DNA of 64,000 bases from Mustelus asterias (lineage: Eukaryota). The notes beneath the pieces are model-generated. The model did no database searches. It had not been told where the DNA came from and worked only from the letters and a program-made list of their open reading frames with translations. The translations under genes were made by a program, and so were the position numbers. Location: contig NW_027590117.1 in the NCBI RefSeq assembly GCF_964213995.1, positions 4,030,001-4,094,000 on the forward strand, given 5' to 3'. This document shows positions 12,150 to 24,571 of the stretch, piece by piece; within the stretch, counting starts at the first letter, position 1, and each line of letters opens with the position of its first letter.

Positions 12150-14740
12150 AATCCAACATCCCGGTTTAGACCGTCCTAATGTGTGCGGAACTTGGCTATC
12201 AGTTTCTGCTCAGTGACTCTGCGCTGTCGTGTGTTGTGAAGGCCGCCTTGGAGAACGCTTACCTGAAGATCCAAGGCTGAATGCCCGTGACTGCTGAAGT
12301 GCTCCCCCACAGGAAGAGAACAGTCTTGCCTGGTGATTGTCGAGCGGTGTTCATTCATCCGCTGTCGTAGCGTCTGCATGGTTTCCCCAATGTACCATGC
12401 CTCGGGACATCCTTTCTTGCAGCGTATCAGGTAGACAACGTTGGCCGAGTTGCAAGAGTATGTACCGTGTACCTGGTGGATGGTGTTCTCACGTGAGATG
12501 ATGGCATCCGTGTTGATGATCCGGCACGTCTTGCAGAGGTTGCTGTGGCAGGGTTGTGTGGTGTCGTGGTCACTTGTTCTCCTGAAGGCTGGGTAGTTTG
12601 CTGCGGACAATGGTCTGTTTGAGGTTGCGTGGTTGTTTGAAGGCAAGAAGTGGGGGTGTGGGGATGGCCTTGGCGAGATGTTCGTCTTCATCAATGACAT
12701 GTTGAAGGCTCCGGAGGAGATGCCGTAGCTTTTCCGCTTCGGGGAAGTACTGGACGACGAAGGGTACTCTGTCCACCGTGTCCCGTGTTTGTCTTCTGAG
12801 GAGGTCGGTGCGGTTTTTCACTGTGGCACGTCGAAACTGTTGATCGATGAGTCGAGCGCCATATCCTGTTCTTATGAGGGCATCTTTCAGCGTCTGGAGG
12901 TGTCTGTTGCGATCCTCCTCATCCGAGCAGATCCTGTGTATTCGGAGGGCTTGTCCGTAGGGGATGGCTTCTTTTACGTGTTTAGGGTGGAAGCTGGAGA
13001 AGTGGAGCATCATGAGGTTATCCGTGGGCTTGCGGTACAGTGAGGTGCTGAGGTGACCATCCTTAATGGAGATGCGTGTGTCCAAGAATGCAACCGATTC
13101 CGGAGAGTAGTCCATGGTGAGTCTGATGGTGGGATGGAACTTGTTGATGTCATCATATAGTTTTTTTCAGTGATTGCTCACCATGACTCCAAAGGAAGAA
13201 AATGTCATCGATGTATCTAGTGTATAGCATCGGTTGAAGGTCCTGTGCGGTGAAGAAGTCTTGTTCGAACCTGTGCATGAAGATGTTGGCATATTGAGGT
13301 GCGAATTTTGTCCCTATGGCTGTTCCTTGTGTCTGGATGAAGAACTGGTTGTTGAAGGTGAAGATATTGTGATCCAGGATGAAGCGGATGAGTTGTAAAA
13401 TTGCATCTGGAAACTGGCAGTTGACGGCATTGAGTACTGAGGCCGTTGCAGCAATGCCATCATCGTGGGGGATGCTGGTGTAGAGTGCCGAGACATCCAT
13501 TGTGACGAGGAGTGCTCCTGGTTCAACTGCTCCATGTGTGTTGAGTTTCTGTAGGAAGTCCGTAGTGTCGCGACAAAAGCTGGGGGTTCTTTGTACAATG
13601 GGTTTCAAGATGCCCTCGACATAGCCGGAGAGGTTCTCGCACAGGGTTCCGTTTCCTGAAACGATGGGACGGCCGGGTGTGTTTGCCTTGTGTATTTTTG
13701 GGAGGCAGTAGAGATCTCCAACGCGTGGAGTACGTGGGATGAGAGCACGGAGGGTGCTCTGAAGGTCCGGATCAAAGGTTTTGATCAGAGTGTTGAGTTG
13801 ACGGGTGTGTTCTTTGGTCGGATCTGTGGGTAACTGTCTGTAGTGTTCCTCATTGTTCAGTTGTCGGTACACTTCTTTGCAGTAATCCCTTCTGTTCAGT
13901 ATGACGATGGCCCCTCCTTTGTCTGCTGGTTTGATGACAATGTTGCGGTTGGTCTTGAGAGCGTGGATGGCGTTGCGTTGTGCTTGGGTGATGTTCGGTG
14001 CTGTCTTGTGAGTGCGGCTGATGAATTTGGTGTTGACGCACCTCCTGATGGCTTGGGCATACATGTCAAGTCGAGGGCAGCGGCCTTCCGGAGGAGTCCA
14101 ATTCGACTCTTTCCTCTTCGGTTGCACTGCGGGTCTCTCTGTCTGCTGTTCCGGTTCATTAGCTGTCTCATTGTGTTCGCTGTTGGCCTCTTGGGGTTTG
14201 TGGAAGAACTCCCGCAGCCTCATTCGCCTGATGAATTCCTCTGTGTCCGCTGCGAGACTGATGGGGTCTATTTTGGTAGTGGGGCAAAAGTTGAGCCCTC
14301 GGCTGAGAACTTCGATTTCATCTGGCTGAAGTGTGTAGTCCGATAGGTTGACAATGGACTTTCCTGCAGTGGTACTGTTTTCTACTGTGATACCGGGGGA
14401 GGCTTGGTTGCTGCTGGTGGTGATGCCGAGTTTCTCAAGTTTCCTGTTCTTGGTGTGCATGTAGATGGTGTCGTTCCTTTGTCTCGTCTGCTTGGCAGAG
14501 TTTCGCAGCTGGTCTGCGTCCTGAGCGCAGGTTGAGACTATGGATTCGATCTTGGTTTCCAGGCTGCGGCGTTTGCTGTAGAGTTGGTGTATGAGGTGTT
14601 TGAGGAGGGTGAGAGAGGTGTGACGGCACAGTCTCTCAGCGTAGTCCGTGTTAAAGGTTGACCTGAGTGGGTTCGTGATCCGTAGTCCTTTCGGTATCTT
14701 GTCTGCTTTCTTGCATGTTTGTAGAAACTTGATGTCTGTA
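12150..14740 (-). pseudogene. Penelope RT/GIY-YIG ORF broken by frameshifts (~13160, ~12575) and a stop (~12177)
   Basis: Three consecutive ORF segments 13153-14740, 12570-13115 and the distal part of 12176-12700 in different frames. Confidence 0.85.
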
Positions 14741-14752
14741 ACAGAGACCACT

Positions 14753-14789
14753 CCATCTGACGAAGGAGCATTGCTCCGAAAGCTTATGG
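14753..14789 (+). ncRNA. Minimal type I hammerhead ribozyme in Penelope pLTR (mirror copy on - strand at ~11888-11924)
   Basis: ccatCTGACGAaggagcattgctccGAAAgcttatgg: core intact, helix II ggagc/gctcc, helix I ccat/atgg, palindromic helix III. Confidence 0.8.
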
Positions 14790-15304
14790 TATTTGCTACC
14801 AAATAAACCTGTTGGACTTTAACCTGGTGTTGTGAGACTTCTTATTATAACGGGGCCAGGTTTAAAAACACAAAAGCAAAGAGTCACGACCCGAAACGTT
14901 AACTCTGTCTCTCTCTCTCTCTTCACAAAAGCTGCCGGAGCTGCTGATTATTTGCAGCATTTTCTGTTTTGATTCCATATTTCAAAGCTCCGGGTTTGTG
15001 GAAACTCTTGTGTGTGAAGGGCGGCTCTGGAAGGGTTTGTGTGGGGAGCTGTGTTTCGCTTCCATTGTTCATAAACGGGTTGAAATTGGCGGTTGCAGAA
15101 ACTGGAGGTGGAGCTGAAAGATCAGGGGCCGTTCTGTGTGTGTGTGTCAGTCCGGCTCTCTCCTCCCTCCCGCTCTGTGTTTAATCTTCACTCTGTCTCC
15201 TCCCCTCTCTGCTCTCACTCCGCCTTTCTGAGTCAGGTCGGGGCGGGCTGTATAAAAGGAGCCTGAAAAAGTTCCTGTCTCATATTGCGCAGTGATCTGA
15301 GTGA

Positions 15305-15625
<321 letters not shown>

Positions 15626-15659
15626 ACAACTGCAACCTTCCTCCCGAACACACAACAAA

Positions 15660-15700
15660 GGCTCTTTTAAGGGCCACTCACCGCTTCACAGAGAGAGCAG
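15660..15700 (+). terminator. Histone stem-loop plus HDE (H4)
   Basis: GGCTCTTTTAAGGGCC at 15660-15675, then purine-rich agagagagcag. Confidence 0.93.
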
Positions 15701-16896
15701 TGACCTGGGGACGGAGCTGGGACAGCCTGTTCAGTGTTTGAGATGCATGTTTGTTTTGTTTAGGTTACAGTGCGGGAATCACCGAATTTAACATTTCATT
15801 TGGAGCAGCCATGCGGATTGTTTTTGAAATTTAGTGTATTGTCGAATCAGCCCACAGTTGACATGTGCCCTCAGTGAAACGCCACATCACTCCTGCCTAA
15901 TCACAGTGTTTTCATAGTGTATCAAAGCTTTCTCTGGAATAGCGGAGTTTAGTAGCAGCAGCCGGTGAATCGTTCACTGGAACCAGTCCCAGTTGTGATG
16001 CTATTTGCGCCCAGACGGTTGTTTCCTGCACTGAAACTGACAGGCTTTGTGAAACTGATCAGTTTCCGCTCAGTCATTCACAAACCCGCAATTCCCGCAG
16101 TTTGAGCCGCTCCAACCCCAGCCTGCTTCTGATTGGCCATCCTCTCCACATTCGCAGCTCTGAACCAATCGCAGAGCATCGAATGTGAACATTGAGCCAA
16201 TCATTGGCTTCAACTGTCAACCGGCAGAAATTTTGAATTGGGGGGAAATGCCGCCAATTTCAGCGCGGGAAAGGGAATTGAGACAAATTCTTAACTTATT
16301 AAAAATAGATTCTCAATTAATATTCTGCTGTAAGATTATTTTACAAAGAGGTTTCATTTCTGAACATTTGTCCGCCACGGGCGGCAAACGGTTCTATTCA
16401 GTAATGTCAAACGGGACAAATATGAAGTCACTCTCTGTAACAAACAACAGACTCAACCCCTTTCACACCGGCTTCAGGGAGACACAGAGAAGGATTCTGA
16501 TCCTTTCCCGGAAACGGCGGCGAATGTTACAAGCGGCAGGAGAGGGGAAATCTGAATGGGCTGGAGAGCAGAGGGACAGGGATCGAGTGGAACAGCGGGA
16601 GATTCTGGGAATGAACAGCCCAGAGAGCGGGGAAAGGGTCTAAAGCACTAAGGGCAGGGAGATAGACTTCTTCAATATTTCGAGTCATGTTTGTTTTAAT
16701 AAGGACGGGATAAATAGCAGTCTTTTATACAGACGGCTATTTCCTGCATCGAAAACGGCCCAATTTCTGAAAGGCGCGGTTAACAAAACAACCGAACCAA
16801 TCAGAACCTGAGTTACAGACATTAATTCCCTGGTCAGAGTTTGATTGAAACTTCCTGGGCCAATTCCCGCTGGGGGCGGTTCCTCACAGAGTTTAA

Positions 16897-17367
<471 letters not shown>

Positions 17368-17396
17368 ACCCCGACTTCAGCACCAAGTACAACAAC

Positions 17397-17437
17397 GGCT
17401 CTTTTAAGAGCCACCAAATCGGCAAATGAAAGAGCTG
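17397..17437 (+). terminator. Histone stem-loop plus HDE (H3)
   Basis: GGCTCTTTTAAGAGCC at 17397-17412, then gaaagagctg. Confidence 0.95.
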
Positions 17438-18098
17438 CGATCTCCTGTTAACGATTCTAGTGTTTGAATTCCCAGGACAGAATATTCCCAGGACTCCAGT
17501 ACTGAAACCTCTCAATGTTACAATTAACCCTCCGTTGCATTGAGGTCACTCATATCTCCAATCCTTCGATGGTTGGAGTAAAAACGATGCCGTTAACAGT
17601 TCTACCGCAATTCAATTTTAAAGTGGTTTTATTAAACCTGCGATCATTTCAGTTTCCGAGCAATAATTCCGCAAATCCACTTTCTCCGCACATGTTTCGA
17701 GTCGCAGCGAGTGTTGAAAATTGCGTCAATTAGGTTCAGAATATGAAGCATGTCTCAAACAGGAGCCCACTCACACAGATATAGCCATTGCAGAAACGCT
17801 TGCACATTCGCATGGACAATAATTAACACTTTTCCAGATAGTGACTGACTTTGAAAACCGATGGGCTGCAGATGAATGTCCTCGCAGACTATCACATTTT
17901 AAAGCAATTATATTTGAAATAGGATCATTTATGTTCACTGGGATAGTTTCCCCGATAAACAGCAGCAAGTTGCATTAAAATACTGTATGTGTCAATAGTA
18001 CGGATTGATAGAACAAAGCGGGAAACAGCTGTGCTGTGAATAGCAGTGCAGAAACTGACCGATAGACACCAGGTCGCCCTTTTTCAGATAAAATGAGT

Positions 18099-18114
18099 GG
18101 CTCTGAAAAGAGCC
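18099..18114 (-). terminator. Histone stem-loop (H2A copy 1)
   Basis: Reverse complement GGCTCTTTTCAGAGCC. Confidence 0.95.
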
Positions 18115-18144
18115 TTTGGGTTATCAGATGAAAGAATGGTCGCT

Positions 18145-18594
<450 letters not shown>

Positions 18595-19624
18595 TTATAA
18601 ACTGACAGCTCCTCTGATTGGCCGCTGCTCTATTCACCTCATTTGCCTATATTCTTCACCAATCAGCTCACTGGAAACAGAAGAGGGCGGGATTTCCCCA
18701 CAACATCCGGCAGAAGCAGAGAATTTGTCCATTTCCAAAAGCCCGCCAATTTCATTGTGGGAAAGGAGCGAATTCAAATAAATCAATGTCGCCCTTGGTC
18801 AGAGATTTCAAATCCCTTCTATTGATTTGCTTTTATTCAGCTCTTCCCGTCACCAATCGCAGGCGCGGCTTTAACATTTTCTTTCAATGTGCTTCATTCT
18901 CCTATCGCTTTCTAACTGTCCCGGGCGGGAATCAATCCCTGTTCACAGCATTCCCAGAAGGAAAACACTCCGTTTCGTCTTCAATCAGAACCCACTCTCC
19001 TTCACAGAAAACAGGGAGCCGGATCGAGTCCGCACACTGTCCTTATTCCGCTCTGTAATAATCCCACTCCGGACTGTTACCCTGCGGAGAATTACTGTGA
19101 ATAAAATGATGAATCAATGAACATTTCAGGAATTGAGAGAAGGGACCGTTACCGCGAAAAACAGCCGCTAATGAGGTCATTTTGGAGCTGTGAAAACAAC
19201 AGAATAATAACAGTTTTCAGCACAAAGCGAAGGCAGTGAGTGAATTCTGGGTTAATGTTTGGTTTACAGGACAGGAGACACAAACAGCAGTCGAAGTTAT
19301 TCCATTTTACATTCTAACCATCGAATAGGAAGGTGCCGGATACAGCTTTTCACAGAGACTGACGATTAGATTTCCTCACCCAAATGTTATTGGAATGATG
19401 ACCAAATAGGATTCGGGAAAGATTTTTCCCTCCATCCCTTCCATTCTCTGGATTTACACCGGCTGAAAGAACAACGAGAAAAGTTCATAGTGACAGAAAC
19501 AGATTATCCTTGGGAACACATTTAGTTTGAAACGTCCTTGTGATGTAATCGAGCAGAGTGGTTATGTTTGTGGCGAGATGCAGGAAACTGCAGACGAACA
19601 GAGGGCCGTGTTTTTTAAAAAATC

Positions 19625-19976
19625 ATTTGTGGGACATGGGCATCGCTGACTGGCCAGCATTTAATGCACATCCTGAGTTGCCCTTGTTCAGAGGACAGTT
19701 GAGAGTCAACCACAGTGCTGTGGCTCTGGAGTCACATGACGGCCATACCGGGTAAGGACGGCAGATTTCCTCCCGAAAGGAAGTGAACCAGATAGGATTT
19801 TCTGACAATCGACAATAGCTTCACGGTCATCAGTAGATTCTTAATTCCAGATATTTTTTTATCAAATTTAAATTCCATCAACTGCCATGGCAGGATTCGA
19901 ACCCGGGTCCCCAGAACATTAGCTGAGTTTCTGGATTAATAGCATAGTGATAATACCACTCGGCCATCACCTCCCC
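19625..19976 (-). mobile_element. SacSINE1/DeuSINE-like tRNA-derived SINE
   Basis: Pol III box B (ggttcgaatcc on -), Deu-like core gtcaaccaca..ctggagtcacatg..gcagatttcc; related copies at ~36378-36680 (+) and ~59650-59968 (-). Confidence 0.65.
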
Positions 19977-20008
19977 CAGTGTACAGACATCATTAACTGG
20001 TAGGTGAA

Positions 20009-23000
20009 TGATGCGCGTCAATTGAACACGAGGCACGAAGCTTCGGTAACAGAAGGCTTTTATTGTCTAACAATGGAACTAATAGAACGTAAACACACTA
20101 TCCCAGACTGACGAGGTCCCGCCCGAGCAGGGGGTCTTATACCTCTCCCAGGAGGCGGAGCCCGACTGGGATGTGCCACAACAGTAACAACCACAGGTGT
20201 ATTAATCCCACAGTGGGAACCAACGATGGTTCACCACATTCACCCCTCCTTTGAGAACAAAGGCCGGCGGGGTACGAAAACAGACTAAAATGTCAACAGA
20301 TTATAAGTTCAGACGGTCTGGAGGACCGCACCATCGTTGTGACCTCCTCAATACCGGCGGTGACACCGGAGTAGGTGCTTGCGGTGGCGTTCTCCCCAAA
20401 ACAGCGTCCAGCTGTTCCCCCACGGACTCACAGGCCGGTTGACCCTGATGAAGCGGTAGTGCAGGGGATCCCGGTACACTCTGCGATGGCGCCGATCTCC
20501 GGGGCTCAGGCAAGCTGTGCATTGGAGTAAAACTGTTAAGCACTGGTCCCGGTGCTGTCCGCGCCACGTCCGGGGGAGAAATAAGGGATTCGTCACTGGG
20601 GGTATGGGAGCGACAGGAGTTGCTACGTCCCCTGCGGGCGCCAGGTCTCGGATCGAGACTGTGTCCTCTCGCCCGTCAGGATATGCCACATAGGCATACT
20701 GAGGGTTGGCGTGGAGGAGGTGGACCTGTTCGACCAAGGGGTTGGACTTGCGGGCCCTTACCTGTCGCCGCAGAAGGACGGGTCCTGGGTACGTCAACCA
20801 GGCTGGTAAAGATATCCCCGAGGACGACTTCTGAGGGAATGAGAACATCCTCTCGTGGGGAGTAGCATTGGTTGCCGTACACAGGAGGGAGCGAATGGAG
20901 TGAAGCGCATTAGGGAGGACCTCCTGCCAATGGGAGACTGGAAGGCCTTTGGACTTCAGCGCCAATAGGACAGCCTTCCAGACTGTAGCATTCTCTCTTT
21001 CCACCTGTCCATTACCCCTAGGGTTGTAACTCGTGGTCCTACTAGAGGCAATCCCGCATGAGAGCAGGAATTGCCTCAAGTCATTACTCATGAACGACGA
21101 GCCCCTGTCGCTATGGATATAGCTGGGGTACCCGAACAGGGTAAAAAGATCACGGAATGCCTTGATCACCGTGGCAGTCGACGTGTCCGCGCAGGGGACA
21201 ACAAATGGGAACCGGGAGTACTCATCTATTATGTTCAGAAAGTACACGTTCCGATCTGTTGAGGGAAGGGGGCCCTTAAAATCCACACTCAGCCTCTCGA
21301 AGGGGCGAGTGGCCTTGACCAAATGTGCCCGGTCAGGTCGGTAACAGTGCGGTTTGCATTCCGCGCAAATCCGACAGCTCCTTGTCACCGACCTGACGTC
21401 CTCCACCGAGTAAGGCAGGTTGCGGGCTTTGATAAAGTGGTAGAGCCGAGTGACCCCAGGATGGCACAGGTCATTATGGAGGGCGTTCAAGCGATCCTCC
21501 TGCATAGTAGCGCATGTTCCGCGCGAGAGGGCGTCCGAGGGCTCATTGAGTTTCCCTGGACGATACATAATATCGTAGTTATAGGTGGAGAGTTCAATTC
21601 TCCACCGCAAGATCTTATCATTCTTGATCTTGCCCCTCTGCGTGTTGTTGAACATGAACGCCACGGACCGCTGGTCCGTGATCAGAGTGAACCGCTTCCC
21701 CGCCAGGTAATGGCGCCAGTGTCTGACGGCCTCCACAATGGCCTGGGCCTCCTTTTCCACCGCTGAATGCCGAATTTCGGGGCCTTGGAGGGTGCGGGAA
21801 AAAAACGCGATGGGCCTGCCCGCCTGGTTCAGTGTGGCGGCCAGGGCGAAATCAGATGCATCGCTTTCCACCTGAAAAGGGATGGATTCGTCTACCGCGT
21901 GCATCGTGGCTTTCGCGATGTCGTGTTTCAATTCCTTGAAGGCCAATTGGGCCTCTGGCGTGAGTGGAAAAGTCGTGGACTTAATAAGCGGACTGGCTTT
22001 GTCCGCGTAGTTAGAGACCCACTGCGCATAATAGGAGAAGAAGCCTAGGCATCTTCTCAGTGCTTTTGCGCTAGCGGGCAAGGGAAGTTCAGCAGGGGGG
22101 CGCATACGGTCGGGATCAGGGCCAATGACCCCGTTTTCCACCACGTATCCCAGGATGGCTAACCGGCACGTATGGAATACACACTTCTCCCTATTCGAGG
22201 TCAAATTCAGGCGAGATGCAGTGCGTAAAAAGTTCTGGAGATTTGTGTCATGGTCCTGCTGATCACGGCCGCAGATGGTGACATTATCCAGGTACCGGAA
22301 GGTAGCCCGCAGCCTGTTCTGGTCCACCATTCGGTCCATAGCACGCTGGACGACCGAGACCCCATTGGTGACACCAAATGGAACCCTAAGAAACTGATAC
22401 AGACGACCATCCGCCTCAAAGGCCGTGTAGTGTCGGTCCTCTGGGCGAATGGGGAGTTGGTGGTAGGCGGACCAAAGGTCTATGGTGGAGAACACCCGGT
22501 ACTGCGCAATCTGATTGACCATATCAGATATGCGCGGGAGGGGATACGCATCCAGCTGCGTATATCGATTAATGGTCTGACTGTAATCAATGACCATCCG
22601 GGGTTTGTTCCCGCTCTTGACCACCACAACCTGTGCTCTCCACGGACTAACACTGGGCTGTATGATCCCTTCTTTGAGGAGTCGCTGAACCTCAGATCTG
22701 ATGAAGATCCGATCTTCAGTGCTGTAACGCCTACTTTTAGTAGCAATGGGCTTGCAGCCTGGTACCAGATTCTTGAATAAAGAGAGTGTGGTGATCTTTA
22801 ATGTAGAAAGATTGCATGCGGGGCGCTTTGGACAATTTGGAGACTGCAGCTGTTCCCCTACTGTCAGCGAAGGGAGTGGCCCACCGTACTGTAGGATCAC
22901 ACTCTTCATGTGGACCATAAAGTTTAGTCCGAGGAGAATTGGTGCGCAAAGATGCGGCAACACAAGGAGCCTGAATCGCTCGTAAATTGTGCCTTGCACT

Positions 23001-24571
23001 TTCAAGGTTACCACACAACGTCCTAGCACAGGGACAGACCGGGACCTTGATGCCATAGAGATTGTCTGTTTGGCAGGTTGAATCTGGAGTCCACACCTCT
23101 TTACAATGTCAGGGTGAATAAAGCTCTCAGTGCTCCCGCTGTAAAACAGACAATAAATTGCACGACCATTTACCTGTATATCCATCATTGAACAGTCAAG
23201 CCTGTGGTGCTTAGCCTGGTTCAGGGTGATCGACGCCACCGTTGGTCCGTGAACGTCACTGCAGGCAGCTGAGGTCGATGCTGAGGACCCCTGCTGGTCG
23301 CTCATGGTCATCGTCGACCAAAATGGCCGCCCCCATGAATCGCACATGGTTGAGGGCGCCAAACGTAGCGACTCCTGGTGGTCATCCTCCTCCGACTCCG
23401 TCGACCACAATGGCGTCGTCCTGGACTCGCACGTGGACGAACCCCGTGAGTACTTCGACGTCGATGGTGATGATCCCCGTTCCGAAGGGTCACAGGCTGC
23501 ACTGCCGTTCTTGGGCTTCGATCTGCACACCTTCGCATAATGCCCCTTTTTACCGCATAGGTTACAGACCACCGCTTTAGCGGGACACTTTTGTCGTGGA
23601 TGCTTGGCTCCTCCGCAGAAGTACCACCGCGGGCCGCATGGGGCAGCAGCCGTCGTCGGGTCTACATGGGAGCACGCCATAACACTGCACTTCGAGCCCG
23701 TGAGGCGAGGAGGGATTTGCGACTGCTCCTGCCACGTTGTCTCCACGTGGTCCTCCGGATACAGGACCAAGCTCTTCGAAGCCGCCTCAAGCATTTCAGC
23801 CAATTCCATAGCTTGGGTCAGGTTGAGATTTCCCTTTTCTAGCAGCTTGAGACGGATGTATGAAGACCCTACCCCTGCCACAAACGCATCTCGGGTGAGG
23901 TCATACATGTACTGCTCAGCCGACACAGCTTTGCAGTCACAGCCCCTGGCAAGCTGCAAGAGCTCATTGGCGTAATCCTCCATGGTTTCGCCCGACTGCT
24001 GACGTCGTGTAGCGAGGAGGTAACGAGCGTGGATCTCGTTGGGAGGTTTCGTGTAGCGCTTTTTTAAAAGCTCGAGGGCCCTCGGGTAAGTGGTGGCTGC
24101 ACGGATCGCGAGGTAGACTGTGTCGCTTACCCTCGAATGGAGGACCCGGAGTCTGTCATCATCTGTGGTGACCGCTGCGGAGGCTGCCAGGTAGTCTTCA
24201 AAACACTTCAGCCAGTGGTCGAAGGTGTTAGAAGCGCCCACCGCACGTGGATCTAGCGTCAGACGTTCTGGCTTTAGGATTTGCTCCATACTCTCCTTTC
24301 TTTTTCCCTTCCGTCGAGAGCTTAATGTCAGACAATAAAATTGATGCGCGCCAATTGAACACGAGGCACGAAGCTTCGGTAACAGAAGGCTTTTATTGTC
24401 TAACAATGGAACTAATAGAACGTAAACACACTTTCCCAGACTGACGAGGTCCCGCCCGAGCAGGGGGTCTTATACCTCTCCCAGGAGGCGGAGCCCGACT
24501 GGGATGTGCCACAACAGTAACAACAACAGGTGTATTAATCCCACAGTGGGAACCAACGATGGTTCACCACA
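20009..24571 (-). mobile_element. Full-length Ty3/Gypsy LTR retrotransposon (Mag-like) with 5-bp TSD GTGAA
   Basis: 230-bp TG..CA LTRs at 20009-20238 and 24342-24571 (3 mismatches seen); PPT aaaggaggggtgaa next to the 3' LTR; gtgaa at 20004-20008 and 24572-24576. Confidence 0.96.
20348..24289 (-). CDS. Gag-Pol polyprotein (Gag with Zn knuckles, protease, RT, RNase H, integrase); probable C-terminal frameshift near 20580
   Basis: CNLCGKKGHYAKVC, FYSGS, RMVIDY, YLDNV, SDASD, HPGV..C..C, VDFKGP, SDRG, GQVER; likely start MEQILKP at 24289. Confidence 0.92.
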   Translation of the reverse strand: MEQILKPERLTLDPRAVGASNTFDHWLKCFEDYLAASAAVTTDDDRLRVLHSRVSDTVYLAIRAATTYPRALELLKKRYTKPPNEIHARYLLATRRQQSGETMEDYANELLQLARGCDCKAVSAEQYMYDLTRDAFVAGVGSSYIRLKLLEKGNLNLTQAMELAEMLEAASKSLVLYPEDHVETTWQEQSQIPPRLTGSKCSVMACSHVDPTTAAAPCGPRWYFCGGAKHPRQKCPAKAVVCNLCGKKGHYAKVCRSKPKNGSAACDPSERGSSPSTSKYSRGSSTCESRTTPLWSTESEEDDHQESLRLAPSTMCDSWGRPFWSTMTMSDQQGSSASTSAACSDVHGPTVASITLNQAKHHRLDCSMMDIQVNGRAIYCLFYSGSTESFIHPDIVKRCGLQIQPAKQTISMASRSRSVPVLGRCVVTLKVQGTIYERFRLLVLPHLCAPILLGLNFMVHMKSVILQYGGPLPSLTVGEQLQSPNCPKRPACNLSTLKITTLSLFKNLVPGCKPIATKSRRYSTEDRIFIRSEVQRLLKEGIIQPSVSPWRAQVVVVKSGNKPRMVIDYSQTINRYTQLDAYPLPRISDMVNQIAQYRVFSTIDLWSAYHQLPIRPEDRHYTAFEADGRLYQFLRVPFGVTNGVSVVQRAMDRMVDQNRLRATFRYLDNVTICGRDQQDHDTNLQNFLRTASRLNLTSNREKCVFHTCRLAILGYVVENGVIGPDPDRMRPPAELPLPASAKALRRCLGFFSYYAQWVSNYADKASPLIKSTTFPLTPEAQLAFKELKHDIAKATMHAVDESIPFQVESDASDFALAATLNQAGRPIAFFSRTLQGPEIRHSAVEKEAQAIVEAVRHWRHYLAGKRFTLITDQRSVAFMFNNTQRGKIKNDKILRWRIELSTYNYDIMYRPGKLNEPSDALSRGTCATMQEDRLNALHNDLCHPGVTRLYHFIKARNLPYSVEDVRSVTRSCRICAECKPHCYRPDRAHLVKATRPFERLSVDFKGPLPSTDRNVYFLNIIDEYSRFPFVVPCADTSTATVIKAFRDLFTLFGYPSYIHSDRGSSFMSNDLRQFLLSCGIASSRTTSYNPRGNGQVERENATVWKAVLLALKSKGLPVSHWQEVLPNALHSIRSLLCTATNATPHERMFSFPQKSSSGISLPAWLTYPGPVLLRRQVRARKSNPLVEQVHLLHANPQYAYVAYPDGREDTVSIRDLAPAGDVATPVAPIPPVTNPLFLPRTWRGQHRDQCLTVLLQCTACLSPGDRRHRRVYRDPLHYRFIRVNRPVSPWGNSWTLFWGERHRKHLLRCHRRY

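Larger units (their letters stand above)
11795..14843 (-). mobile_element. Penelope-like element (RT + GIY-YIG) with inverted terminal pLTR segments and 11-bp TSD
   Basis: KPADKGG, YTRYIDDIF, NVVYLIRC..WYIGET; 14740-14843 is an inverted copy of ~11830-11933; attataacggg at 11784-11794 and 14844-14854. Confidence 0.93.

Noticed and set aside
14740-14802. N-terminus MVANTISFRS.. of the Penelope ORF
   Set aside because: Comes from the inverted pLTR fused to a 5'-truncated ORF
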